This document shows positions 1-8,232 of a DNA stretch of 20,000 bases, piece by piece (position 1 is the stretch's first letter; every line of letters starts with the position of its first letter). The stretch spans positions 45,663 through 65,662 of the forward strand of contig JBKOZJ010000008.1 of the NCBI GenBank assembly GCA_046725875.1. Direction: 5' to 3'. This DNA comes from Actinomycetota bacterium (lineage in GTDB: Bacteria > Actinomycetota > Actinomycetes > JAKEEW01). The position numbers and the translations under genes are program-made. The notes beneath the pieces are model-generated. The model saw only the letters and a list, made by a program, of their open reading frames with translations. It was not told where the DNA came from and searched no databases.

Positions 1-1
1 A

Positions 2-61
2 CACGCGACCGCGATCGTGCACGAGCACGACAAGGCCCGCGCCGCCCGCAGCTTCGCTTAG
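2..61 (+). CDS. 3' end of a probable DUF4287-domain protein (partial, runs off the window start)
   Basis: Frame 2 reads HATAIVHEHDKARAARSFA* (TAG 59-61). This resembles the HGHAxAIVHE C-terminus of actinobacterial DUF4287 proteins, which lie beside the BI-1/YccA gene in Streptomyces-type synteny. Only 19 codons are visible. Confidence 0.65.
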   Translation, partial: HATAIVHEHDKARAARSFA

Positions 62-376
62 GCGCGGCTGACCCAAGCATTCTCCTGGATTGTCTAAGAG
101 ACGACCCAGCGGGATCAGTCCTGGTGGGTCCAGGTCGACACTGCGACCGAAGATCGTCTAACCGCGCTCACTCGGATCGATCGCCTTCGTGCCATCGATC
201 GATCGATGCGAGACCCGCGAGACGAGTCCACCGATGGTGGTCCTGGTTCGCGCCAGCCGTTTATCCACCTGGAAGCGGCGAGAACGATCACGCTTTTCTG
301 CTTGCCAACCTCCTCGAGCGGAGCGCAAAGCGCGCGCCCCGCCCGGCCCCGCGGGGGCACGTGAGAAGCGGTGGAG

Positions 377-1171
377 CTATTCCTCGCCTCGAAGGATCGC
401 GAGCAGCCGCAGCAGCTCGATGTAGAGCCAGATCAGCGACACGATCAGCCCGAAGCCGGCGAGCCAGGAGAACCGCTCCGGCAGCCCGTGCTGGATGCCC
501 CGGTCGATGAAGTCGAAGTCGAGGATCAGCGACAGCGAGGCCAGGGCGACGCCAGCGACGCAGAGCAGCAGCCCAAAACCGCCGACGCCATAAAAGCCCC
601 ATCCGTCGCCAACGCCAAACAAGGCGCCGACGAGGCTCGCCAGTGCGATGAGGAGATAGCCGCCCATCGCCACGATCATGCCCCGGACGAACTTCGGGGT
701 CGCGCGCAACCGGCCGGTGCGATAGAGGATCAGCATCGCTGCGAACGCGGCAAGGGTGCCGAGCACGGCCTGCGAGACGACGCCGGGATATGCGCTCTCG
801 AATACCGCGCTGATACCGCCGACGAAGACGCCCTCGACGACCGCGTACGTCAAGATCAAGCCCGGGCTCGTCGACTGCCGGAAGGAGATCACCAAGCCCA
901 GGACCAGCCCGGCGATCATGGCGATGAATGGCACCGCGGGCAGGTCGTCGGCTACCGGCCATCCGACCGCCGCCCCGGCGAGAAGCACCGCGAAGATCGC
1001 GCCGGTCTTCATGATGACGTCGTCAAGCGTCATCCGCCGGGTCTCTACCGGTGTTGCCGCTGGCCGGTCGTACATCTCCTGCAGCTCTTGGGGGCTGGCA
1101 TCGAGCGTCGCATAGCCGCCGCCCTGGCGGAATGCATCGCTGTTCGCGAAGACGGGATTCCTGCTTTCCAT
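377..1171 (-). CDS. Bax inhibitor-1/YccA family membrane protein
   Basis: 264 aa. N-terminal MESRNPVF and MTLDDVIMKT, about 7 hydrophobic segments, C-terminal LILDFDFI and LIWLYIELLRLLAILR motifs. AAGGAG RBS upstream. Confidence 0.93.
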   Translation of the reverse strand: MESRNPVFANSDAFRQGGGYATLDASPQELQEMYDRPAATPVETRRMTLDDVIMKTGAIFAVLLAGAAVGWPVADDLPAVPFIAMIAGLVLGLVISFRQSTSPGLILTYAVVEGVFVGGISAVFESAYPGVVSQAVLGTLAAFAAMLILYRTGRLRATPKFVRGMIVAMGGYLLIALASLVGALFGVGDGWGFYGVGGFGLLLCVAGVALASLSLILDFDFIDRGIQHGLPERFSWLAGFGLIVSLIWLYIELLRLLAILRGEE

Positions 1172-1333
1172 GTCACTCCTTCATCGCCCGCCGGATGGCG
1201 GCGTGCATCCCCATGGTAGTGATCTCCACGGTCCGCGGCGAGGGTGCCCCCGCCCTACCCATCGTGGATGTATTGCTCGAAAGACGATCAACGTCCAGTG
1301 ACGGGTGTAGGTGTCCGACCCCTGTCCGAACGG

Positions 1334-1348
1334 ATGACTCTGAGTAAC
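1334..1348. promoter_or_regulatory. Candidate BldD-binding box between the divergent BI-1 and tRNA-Leu(UAA) genes
   Basis: ATGACTCTGAGTAAC matches the BldD consensus NTNACNC(A/T)GNGTNAN at every defined position, about 160 bp upstream of the bldA-type tRNA. Confidence 0.55.
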
Positions 1349-1382
1349 GGATCACTAACGTCCTAAGAGAATTGTTCGGATC

Positions 1383-1413
1383 TGGACATATCACTGCCCA
1401 CTACCGCTACGCT
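1383..1413 (+). promoter_or_regulatory. Possible housekeeping-sigma promoter for the tRNA
   Basis: TGGACA (1383-1388) and TACGCT (1408-1413, TANNNT). The 19-bp spacing is longer than optimal. Confidence 0.35.
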
Positions 1414-1508
1414 CTGCCGTGGTGTTCACTCGGGCGAGCTACAGCGGACCGGCCCGCGGGCCGTTATCCGAGTGACGCACGGCCCGGGCAACGGCCCGGG
1501 CTTTGCAT

Positions 1509-1592
1509 GCCCGGGTGGTGAAACCGGCAGCCACGACGAGCTTAAACCTCGTTGGCCGTAGGGCCGTGCGGGTTCGAGTCCCGCCCCGGGCA
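1509..1592 (+). tRNA. bldA: tRNA-Leu, anticodon UAA (reads the rare UUA codon; bldA orthologue)
   Basis: Acceptor stem GCCCGGG/CCCGGGC with discriminator A1592. Anticodon stem ACGAG/CTCGT with loop CT-TAA-AC (TAA at 1543-1545). Long variable arm GGCC-GTAG-GGCC. T arm GCGGG-TTCGAGT-CCCGC. CCA is not encoded. Confidence 0.96.
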
Positions 1593-1602
1593 CGTATCCC
1601 TA

Positions 1603-1635
1603 GCCCGTGGGCGGCCCGGGGGGCTGCCCACGGGC
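1603..1635. terminator. GC-rich hairpin, likely bidirectional terminator between the convergent tRNA and cfa-like gene
   Basis: GCCCGTGGGCGGCCC / GGGCTGCCCACGGGC form a 15-bp stem with one G-T pair, starting 11 nt after the tRNA. Confidence 0.7.
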
Positions 1636-1700
1636 CCATCCCACGGAGATCAGCGACCCTGCGTCTACATGGCAATCAGCCCGGCGTCGCTGCGAAGTAT

Positions 1701-3041
1701 TTATGGGGACACATCGCCAAGGCGGGGTGCCGAAGCGACCGAAGACGTCACAGGGTGCTGAAGCCAGCTAGCCCGGGTGGGTGGCATCCCGCTCATGCCT
1801 TCTGCCGTGGTCCTGACCGCCACGATCTGGTTTACTCCGATCCGATTCGCCTCGAAGGCCAGCGCGGATCCGGCCATGTAGAGCCGCCAGACCCGGGCCC
1901 GGCCGGGCGAGGTCAGCCCGACAGCCTCATCCCAGTTCGCCTCCAGGTTCGCAACCCAGCAGCGCAGTGTCCGGGTGTAATGCTCACGCAGCGACTCTAG
2001 ATCCCGCACCTCGAAGCCGGCCTCCTCGAGGATCGAGACCGTCGTACCGACCGGGGCCAAATCGCCGTCGGGGAACACGTACGACGAGATGAAGGTCGGG
2101 CGCTTGCGCCGCGGACCAGGGCGGCGGGCGATCTGGTGGTTTAGCAGCCGCCCACCCGGCCGCAGCAAGGAGTAGAGAGTCGACGCATACCTCAGGTATT
2201 TCTCGGTGCCGACGTGCTCGGCCATCCCCACGCTCGCGATCGCGTCGTACGGGCCGTCCGTGGCGTCACGATAGTCCTGGATCCTGATCTCGACCTGCTC
2301 GGAGAGTCCGGCATCGAGAACCCGCTTGCTGGCAAGGTCAGCCTGCTCACCAGAGAGCGTGACGCCGACAGCGGATACGCCATATTCCCGGGCCGCATGG
2401 ATCACGAGCGATCCCCAGCCGCAGCCCACGTCGAGCAGCCGCATGCCCGGACGGAGTTCCAACTTGCGGCAGATCAGGTCGAGCTTGTCCTGCTGCGCGT
2501 CCTCCAGCGTGTAGGACGGGTCATCCGGGGTCGTCCAGTAGGCACAGGAGTAGACCAAGGACGGCCCGAGCACCAGGCGATAGAAGTTGTTGCCGACGTC
2601 GTAGTGGTGGCGGACGGCGGCGCGGTCGCGGCTGCGCGAGTGCCGGCGGCCGTAGAGCGTCGCCTCCTCGGGCGGCGGCTTCGGCTGCGGTCCGACTGCG
2701 CCCAGCACGACAGCGGTCTTGAGCAGCTCCGCACGGTCAGCGGCGGTGAGAACGTGCCGGCGGGTCTGGTCGCCGAGGATGGGTGCAACCGATTCGAGCG
2801 CCTGGTAAAGGTTGCCTTCAACGTCGAGCTCTCCGGCGACGTAGCCACGACCCAGTCCAAGTTCGTTAGGGTGCCACAGCAGCCGTCTGATCGCCCGCGG
2901 GGACCGCACAACGACTGTCGGCGCATGCGGCGGTCCGGCCTCGCTGCCATCCCAGCCACGCACCCGCATCGGCAGGCTGGCGCCGATCACCCGTTCGAAC
3001 AGCGATACCAGCCGGTCGGCGACACTCGCATGTGCAACCAT
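1701..3041 (-). CDS. cfa: Cyclopropane-fatty-acyl-phospholipid synthase family SAM methyltransferase
   Basis: 446 aa with HHYDVGN, YSCAYW, LLDVGCGWG (SAM motif), YVFPDG and REHY motifs. AAGGAG RBS. Confidence 0.92.
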   Translation of the reverse strand: MVAHASVADRLVSLFERVIGASLPMRVRGWDGSEAGPPHAPTVVVRSPRAIRRLLWHPNELGLGRGYVAGELDVEGNLYQALESVAPILGDQTRRHVLTAADRAELLKTAVVLGAVGPQPKPPPEEATLYGRRHSRSRDRAAVRHHYDVGNNFYRLVLGPSLVYSCAYWTTPDDPSYTLEDAQQDKLDLICRKLELRPGMRLLDVGCGWGSLVIHAAREYGVSAVGVTLSGEQADLASKRVLDAGLSEQVEIRIQDYRDATDGPYDAIASVGMAEHVGTEKYLRYASTLYSLLRPGGRLLNHQIARRPGPRRKRPTFISSYVFPDGDLAPVGTTVSILEEAGFEVRDLESLREHYTRTLRCWVANLEANWDEAVGLTSPGRARVWRLYMAGSALAFEANRIGVNQIVAVRTTAEGMSGMPPTRASWLQHPVTSSVASAPRLGDVSP

Positions 3042-3130
3042 CAGCGGAACTCCTTAGCTCGGCGTCGACTAAGTGTCCCTCGCCACACATTCGCCGCATA
3101 TCTCCGGGCACCTCGCGCCTCGCTGCGCCG

Positions 3131-3965
3131 CTACCGATCGGCCACGCGTCGCGGTGGTGAAGGCGGCGTCGGTGGTGGTGGCGGCGGCGGGGGTTGCGCC
3201 GCCGCACTGAAGACCTGACGGGGCGTGTGAAGCGAACCGAGCGCGACTATATCGCGGCGGAAGAAGAGCGCCAGCGTCCAGTCCAGCACGATGCGCACCT
3301 TCCGATTGAGCGTCGGAACGCGGCCGACGTGATAGGTGCGGTGCATGAACCAGGCGGGCCAGGCGCGCACCTTGATCCCGTATACCTGGGCGACTCCCTT
3401 GTGCAGGCCAAGGCTCGCGAGCGAGCCGATGTACTTGTGCTTGTAGTCGCGCAGCGGCCGGCCGCGCAGGCGCGCCGGCGGACCTCCGGATCGTCGGTCG
3501 ACTCCGCAAGGTCGAACATGTCGAGGACGCGGTTGCGCATGCTGATCGCCTCCTCGATCCACTTGAAGCCGATCCCTTCCTCGGCCAGACCGGGAATCGG
3601 GAGGGTCCGCGAGATCGATCCGAGTGCGACGACGACATGGTCGTAGCTGATCTCGTCGACTCCGCCCGCCTTCCTCTCAACGAGCGCGACCTTCTGGCAT
3701 GGTCGATCCGGATGACGCGACCGTTCATGATGTGAACATTCGGCAGCACCTGCCGCAATGGCACGATGACGTGTCGAGGCTCGAGGGAGCCGGCCGCGGC
3801 CTCGGGCAGGAAGGGCTGGTAAGTCATGTACGACAACGGGTCGACGAGCGTGACCCGCACCCGGTCACGGCGGAGGAGGCGGCGCAGGCCGAAACCGGTG
3901 TAGAGCCCGACGTAACCGCCACCCGCGATCAGGATGTGCGGCACCGCCGCCTGATTCTCCGGCAC
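3131..3965 (-). pseudogene. Disrupted NDH-2-like NAD(P)/FAD-dependent oxidoreductase (frameshift plus internal deletion)
   Basis: Homologous segments fall in three frames: ILIAGGGYVG...YQPFLPEAAAG...IDHA (to ~3690); KVALVE...YDHVVVALGS...IPGLAEEGIGFKWIEEAISMRNRVL...RRRA (~3690-3470); then directly LRGRPLRDYKHKYIGSLASLG...AWFMHRTYH...LDWTLALFFRRDI, stop at 3131. The central NADH-binding GGG motif region is absent. Confidence 0.85.
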
Positions 3966-3990
3966 TGCCTCACCTCATCATCTCGGTCCG

Positions 3991-4878
3991 TCAGAGGGCG
4001 GCCCGCGCCGCCGCCCGGCGCAGGGCATCGTCCAGCATCGTCGCCGTCAGCCGGCCCGTGAACGTGTTCTGCTGACTGGGGTGGTAGGAGCCGACGAGCA
4101 AGACCCTTTTGCCGCCCGGACCCTCGAGCTCCGCCTCGGCCGCGTGCCCAAACGAGGGCCGTGGCATAGGAAGCACATACCCAATATGGCGGAGACCGCG
4201 CAGCGCCGCCTGCCAGGCATACAGTCCCAGCCCGACCACCACCTCGATGGTGGGCGCAGCCAGCTCGAACTCGCGCAGCAGCCAGGGCTGGCACGTGTCG
4301 CGCTCCTGCGGGGTCGGCTTGTTCCCGGGCGGGGCGCACCGGACTGCCGCCAGGATTCGGGTGGCCCGCAGCCGCTGCCCGTCGCCGGCGTAAGTGCTGG
4401 TCGCGGCGGCTGCCACCCCGATCCGGTGGAGCGAGGCGAACAGCGCGTCACCGCTGCGGTCCCCGGTGAAGATCCGCCCGGTGCGATTGCCCCCGTGCGC
4501 CGCCGGGGCGAGGCCCACGATGAGCAGGCGCGGCCGCTCGTCGCCCCAGCCGGGCACGGGCCGCCCCCAGTAGATCTGATCGGCGAAGGCACGCCTCTTG
4601 TCGGTCGCGACCCGCTCCCGCCAGTCGACTAGCCGCGGGCAGGCCCGGCAAACCGACTCGCGCGCGGCCAGCTTGCCGAAGTCCGGTGCGGACGCGGCAA
4701 GCTTCACGACCTGGTCGCCGTTGAGTGCGACTGGTGTACGGGAAGTCGCGGGATCACCCGGCCACCCGGTGCCAGGCGGTACCGGGCTAGCGTTCGGACC
4801 GGGCTGCCCGGCCGGGGTCTTAGATCGTCCTGCTCTGCCTCGGGCGCGCTTCGACTCCCCCGACGACTTCGCGGACAT
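3991..4878 (-). CDS. udgB: Family-5 uracil-DNA glycosylase (4Fe-4S)
   Basis: [35 protein letters not shown] and YHPSQQN motifs. TAGCGT lies 6 nt upstream of the ATG, suggesting a leaderless mRNA. Confidence 0.92.
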   Translation of the reverse strand: MSAKSSGESKRARGRAGRSKTPAGQPGPNASPVPPGTGWPGDPATSRTPVALNGDQVVKLAASAPDFGKLAARESVCRACPRLVDWRERVATDKRRAFADQIYWGRPVPGWGDERPRLLIVGLAPAAHGGNRTGRIFTGDRSGDALFASLHRIGVAAAATSTYAGDGQRLRATRILAAVRCAPPGNKPTPQERDTCQPWLLREFELAAPTIEVVVGLGLYAWQAALRGLRHIGYVLPMPRPSFGHAAEAELEGPGGKRVLLVGSYHPSQQNTFTGRLTATMLDDALRRAAARAAL

Positions 4879-4948
4879 GGTGCCACGCTATCGACCAGAT
4901 GTTGGGGTCTTCTGGGTCCGGTTCCTGACATTCGGGCGATTGACGGTC

Positions 4949-5226
4949 GCTCCGGCGCCCCAGGAACACTGCGACGGCGCTCAACGGCTCAGTGCTCGGA
5001 GCAGTTTCACCATGCGGGACTGGCGGCGCCTGGTCGCCAGGGAGCGGTGGCGGGGCCGCGAGGGATAGCCCGCCGCGGCTCGTAACGCAGCAGCGTAGAG
5101 CTCAGGCGGTCCGTACTCGAGCGCAACCTGCTCGTCGAAATCTGCAAGCAGCTCGAGCTGCGCCTCCGGCGGCAGGTCAGCCAGCGCAGCTCGCACCTTC
5201 TCGAGGTACGACGTCGACCGGGCCAC
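4949..5226 (-). pseudogene. Truncated HAAS-domain (DUF1700-like) membrane protein remnant
   Basis: GGAGGTG RBS then GTG at 5226. YLEKVRAALADLPPEAQLELLADFDEQ...GPPELYAAALRAAAG fits the HAAS pattern. The ORF stops at 4981 (81 aa) with no TM helix, and a TM-like fragment LSAVAVFLGRRS follows in another frame (4984-4949). Confidence 0.6.
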
Positions 5227-5412
5227 AGCCCACCTCCGTGTACACGCACCATGCAAGGCGAAATGTAGCGCTGTCCAGGGCGCTCTAACCCACTCCGAGC
5301 CGCCAAGGCACCCAGAACTTGGGGTCGACCCCCTGGGATGAGAACCCGACCGCCTGGTTTGTCATCATCCCGCCGGCAGCCGGCCGCAGTTCTGCACGAG
5401 GCGGCGCCACCT

Positions 5413-6366
5413 TTACGTAGCAGCGAGCGCGCGGGCCATGCCGTCGAGGATGTCGTGTTCGCTGACGTCAACACGATCCACACCGACCCGGTCCACCACT
5501 TCGGCGAGGATCAGGGCGCCGGCGCCGATGACATCAACCCGGCCGGAGTGCATGACGGGCAACCTGGCTCGTTCCTCGTGCATCATTCGGAGCAGGTCGT
5601 CGCTGACCTTGCGTACGTCCTTCGCGCTTATCACGGAGTGGTGGATCCGGGCGGGGTCGTACTGCTCTAGTCCGAGCGCGATGCCCGCAACGGTGGTCAC
5701 CGAGCCAGCGAGCCCGACAAGCGTCCTGGCCTGTCCGAGCGGCACGGTCTCGGCCGCGACATCGATTGCCGTTGCGATGTCTGCCTTGGCAGCTGCAAGC
5801 TGCGCCTCTGTAGGCGGATCTGAGCGCAGGTGACGCTCGGTCAGGCGTACGCACCCAATGTCCACTGAGCGAGCGGCGCGTGCGGTCGTGTCGCCCAACA
5901 CGAACTCGGTCGAGCCGCCGCCTATATCCAGGACGAGGTACGGGGGATGCATCCTATTCACGTCGGTCGAGCGGCTGTGATGACGGGTGCGCAGCAAGGA
6001 TGCAGTCGCACCGGCGAAGGACAGCTGTGCCTCCTCGAAGCCGGTGATCACCTCGGGATCGACACCGAGGATCGACTTGATGCCGGCAACAAAGGTGGCA
6101 CGGTTCTGAGCATCCCGGGTTGCGCTCGTCGCAACGAAACGCAGCCGTTGAACCCCGTACTCCTTGATCTCCCGCGCGTAGCGGCGGCACGCCGCAAAGG
6201 TCCGCTCGAGCGCCGCCGGATGCAGGCGCCCGGTTTCGTCGACGCCTTGGCCGAGGCGGACGATCTCGAGGCGGCGATCGACCTCGGTGAGTTCGTCGTG
6301 GGCGACATCGGCGACCAGCAGGCGGATCGAGTTCGTGCCGCAGTCGATCGCTGCCACTCGCGTCAT
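5413..6366 (-). CDS. ppx: Ppx/GppA family exopolyphosphatase
   Basis: MTRVAAIDCGTNSIRLL, ATSATRDA, DIGGGSTE, GRVDVIGAG and SEHDILDG motifs. The ATG at 6366 overlaps the DUF501 stop (ATGA). 317 aa. Confidence 0.94.
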   Translation of the reverse strand: MTRVAAIDCGTNSIRLLVADVAHDELTEVDRRLEIVRLGQGVDETGRLHPAALERTFAACRRYAREIKEYGVQRLRFVATSATRDAQNRATFVAGIKSILGVDPEVITGFEEAQLSFAGATASLLRTRHHSRSTDVNRMHPPYLVLDIGGGSTEFVLGDTTARAARSVDIGCVRLTERHLRSDPPTEAQLAAAKADIATAIDVAAETVPLGQARTLVGLAGSVTTVAGIALGLEQYDPARIHHSVISAKDVRKVSDDLLRMMHEERARLPVMHSGRVDVIGAGALILAEVVDRVGVDRVDVSEHDILDGMARALAAT

Positions 6367-7070
6367 CGGGCCTCCCCGCCGCGTGCTGGCGCGGGACCGG
6401 AGTTCTCCTGTCCCACAGCCGGCTCGGCCTGCTCCTGGTCCGGTGCATTGACGCACGGACCGTCCAGCCACCATTCGGGGAGCATCGCCAAGGTCTCGTC
6501 ACCGAGGGGGTTGACGCCCGGTCCAGCCGCCAGGGCATGCGCCGCGAGAGCATGAAGACACTTCACCCGACCGGGCATCCCGCCGGCCGAGATTTCAGCG
6601 ATCTCGCCGACGAACTCGATGGCTTCCCGACGGGCAAGGTAGTCCAGGTGCGCCTCGCGGTAGTCGGACGCGAGCGAAGCGTCGGCGGCCAACCGGTCGG
6701 CCATCTCGCGCATCACACCGCTTGCTTCCAACCGGCCGACCGCGGCACAGGCGCGCGGACAGGCCAGGTAGTAGAGGGTGGGGAAGGGGGTGCCGTCGGT
6801 CAGGCGCGGACTGGTCTCGACAACGTCAGGCAGACCGCACGGACATCTATGGGCGACGGCACGGATCGCCCGCGGCGGCCGGCCGAGCTGCGCCTCGACC
6901 GTCGCACGGTCGCGCTCGTCCAGCCGCCGAGACTTCCGCACGCGCGTCATCGAAACAGCACGCAGCGGGTCGGCGGACGCGACCTCCTCGGGTCGAATGG
7001 GCTGACCGCTCATGTTCGTCTGGGCGACCGGGTCCTGGTGCTGCCCGCCTATACCTCCGTCATCCGGCAC
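6363..7070 (-). CDS. DUF501-domain protein (start uncertain: 7070, 7013 or 6950)
   Basis: QLGRPPR, RCPCG, GTPFPTLYYLACP, SAGGMPGRVKCLHA and GVNPLGD motifs, in the canonical divIC-DUF501-ppx context. Confidence 0.9.
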   Translation of the reverse strand: MPDDGGIGGQHQDPVAQTNMSGQPIRPEEVASADPLRAVSMTRVRKSRRLDERDRATVEAQLGRPPRAIRAVAHRCPCGLPDVVETSPRLTDGTPFPTLYYLACPRACAAVGRLEASGVMREMADRLAADASLASDYREAHLDYLARREAIEFVGEIAEISAGGMPGRVKCLHALAAHALAAGPGVNPLGDETLAMLPEWWLDGPCVNAPDQEQAEPAVGQENSGPAPARGGEAR

Positions 7071-7282
7071 GTGCTCCAGTCTCTACTGCCTACGGTGCGG
7101 TGTCGCTGCTCGGCACCTCGGGCTGCACTCTCATCGCTCGGCGGCCGCGGCCTCGGCATCGTGGCGACGCTGGCATCTGACTGGCAGCGGCATTGCTGAC
7201 CCGCAAGACAGCCTCACGCTCCGGTCCGCCGAGGAATGGCGCATGTTAAGCCTCGCCCGGTCACCATCGGGACCGCGCACCG

Positions 7283-7891
7283 TCAACGACCGCTCGCCGC
7301 CCCAGTGGCTGCGCTGTTGGCGTCGGCGATGGACTGGCCGAGGCGGCTGTACCAAGGAACGCTCGAACCGGCAGCCTGCCGTTTGTCGCCGCCCTTCGAT
7401 GCTGGTTTCGCGGCGCCTTCGTCGACCGTGATGTAACACGTCTCGTCGGGCATGCAGAAGTGCAGGCGCTCCCGAGCCTGTGCCCTTATATAGGCCGGGT
7501 CGTCCCACCTGGCCCGCTCGGCTTGAAGCTCGGCAACCCCGCGTTGCTGCGCCTCGATCTGCTCGCTCAGCCTGTTGATCTCGGCTCGCTGGACAAGGTA
7601 TTGCCGCAGCGGATAAGCGATCGAGAGGCCCAGTACTGTGAGGACCACCGCAAGAATCGCCGCCCGGCCGGTAAGGGCCGTGCGCCGTGCCGCCCGCCGC
7701 CGAGCCTGCATCTCGGGCAGGGCTTCGGCGCCCCGCGGGGCCCGCGACCGGACGGACAGCGTGGGCCGCTTAGCCGGCCGGACCGGCGGCTTCGGAGCCG
7801 GTCGGGGACGGCCCGTGCTGCGAGGCGCCGACCGACGCAGCCGGATGGCGCGAGAGCGAGGACGCTCTCCGCCTCGACCGCGCCGCACCAC
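7283..7891 (-). CDS. divIC: FtsB/DivIC septum formation initiator
   Basis: AGGAGG RBS 7 nt before the GTG at 7891. Arg/Pro-rich N-terminus, a single TM (AAILAVVLTVLGLSIAYPL), a coiled coil, then WDDPAYIRAQARERLHF and PWY motifs. Lies downstream of eno. Confidence 0.9.
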   Translation of the reverse strand: MVRRGRGGERPRSRAIRLRRSAPRSTGRPRPAPKPPVRPAKRPTLSVRSRAPRGAEALPEMQARRRAARRTALTGRAAILAVVLTVLGLSIAYPLRQYLVQRAEINRLSEQIEAQQRGVAELQAERARWDDPAYIRAQARERLHFCMPDETCYITVDEGAAKPASKGGDKRQAAGSSVPWYSRLGQSIADANSAATGAASGR

Positions 7892-7964
7892 CGAACCGCC
7901 TCCTAAAGCCGTGTCAGAGCCGTGGGTTCCGAGCACCCAAGAAGCCAGAATGCCGGACTCAGCC

Positions 7965-8086
7965 CGCCAATCGGGTCAGCGCCACGACCTATCACGGCCC
8001 GACCTCGCGCTGCGATCAATAGTGGCGGCACGCCAATCGGGTCGGTGCCACGACATATCACGGCCCGACCTCGCGCTGCGATCAAT
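7965..8086. repeat. Two direct 56-bp repeats with a 66-bp period
   Basis: 7965-8020 and 8031-8086: CGCCAATCGGGTC(A/G)G(C/T)GCCACGAC(C/A)TATCACGGCCCGACCTCGCGCTGCGATCAAT, 3 mismatches. Confidence 0.92.
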
Positions 8087-8232
8087 GTCGTGCACGAATT
8101 CGGGACCGTTGGCCCGCAAACCGATTGACCTGCACGGCCCGGCGGAACGGGCTTCTTGCACCGGACCGTCGGGAGCAAGCGGGCCGCCACATGGTGCTCC
8201 GGAAGCGGTCGAGGCCCGGTCGGCTGGTCCGG

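Noticed and set aside
62..376. Small ORFs and the CATCGATCGATCGATG palindrome (193-208) between DUF4287 and BI-1
   Set aside because: No recognisable protein is encoded, the GAGGAGG near 309-315 has no well-spaced start, and the palindrome is a simple (ATCG)n microsatellite.
1509..1700. tRNA used as an integration site for a genomic island
   Set aside because: There is no integrase, I saw no duplicated tRNA 3' end, and the flanking genes follow core synteny.
3150..3195. Poly-proline (CCG/CCA)n tract at the ndh-like C-terminus
   Set aside because: It is a low-complexity tail typical of GC-rich genes, and it lies in a pseudogene.
3466..3695. Programmed frameshifting to restore the ndh-like gene
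   Set aside because: There is no slippery heptamer, and recoding cannot restore the missing central domain.
7902..7906. TTA codon in the ORF-track version of divIC
   Set aside because: It lies upstream of the RBS-supported start at 7891 and overlaps the RBS itself.
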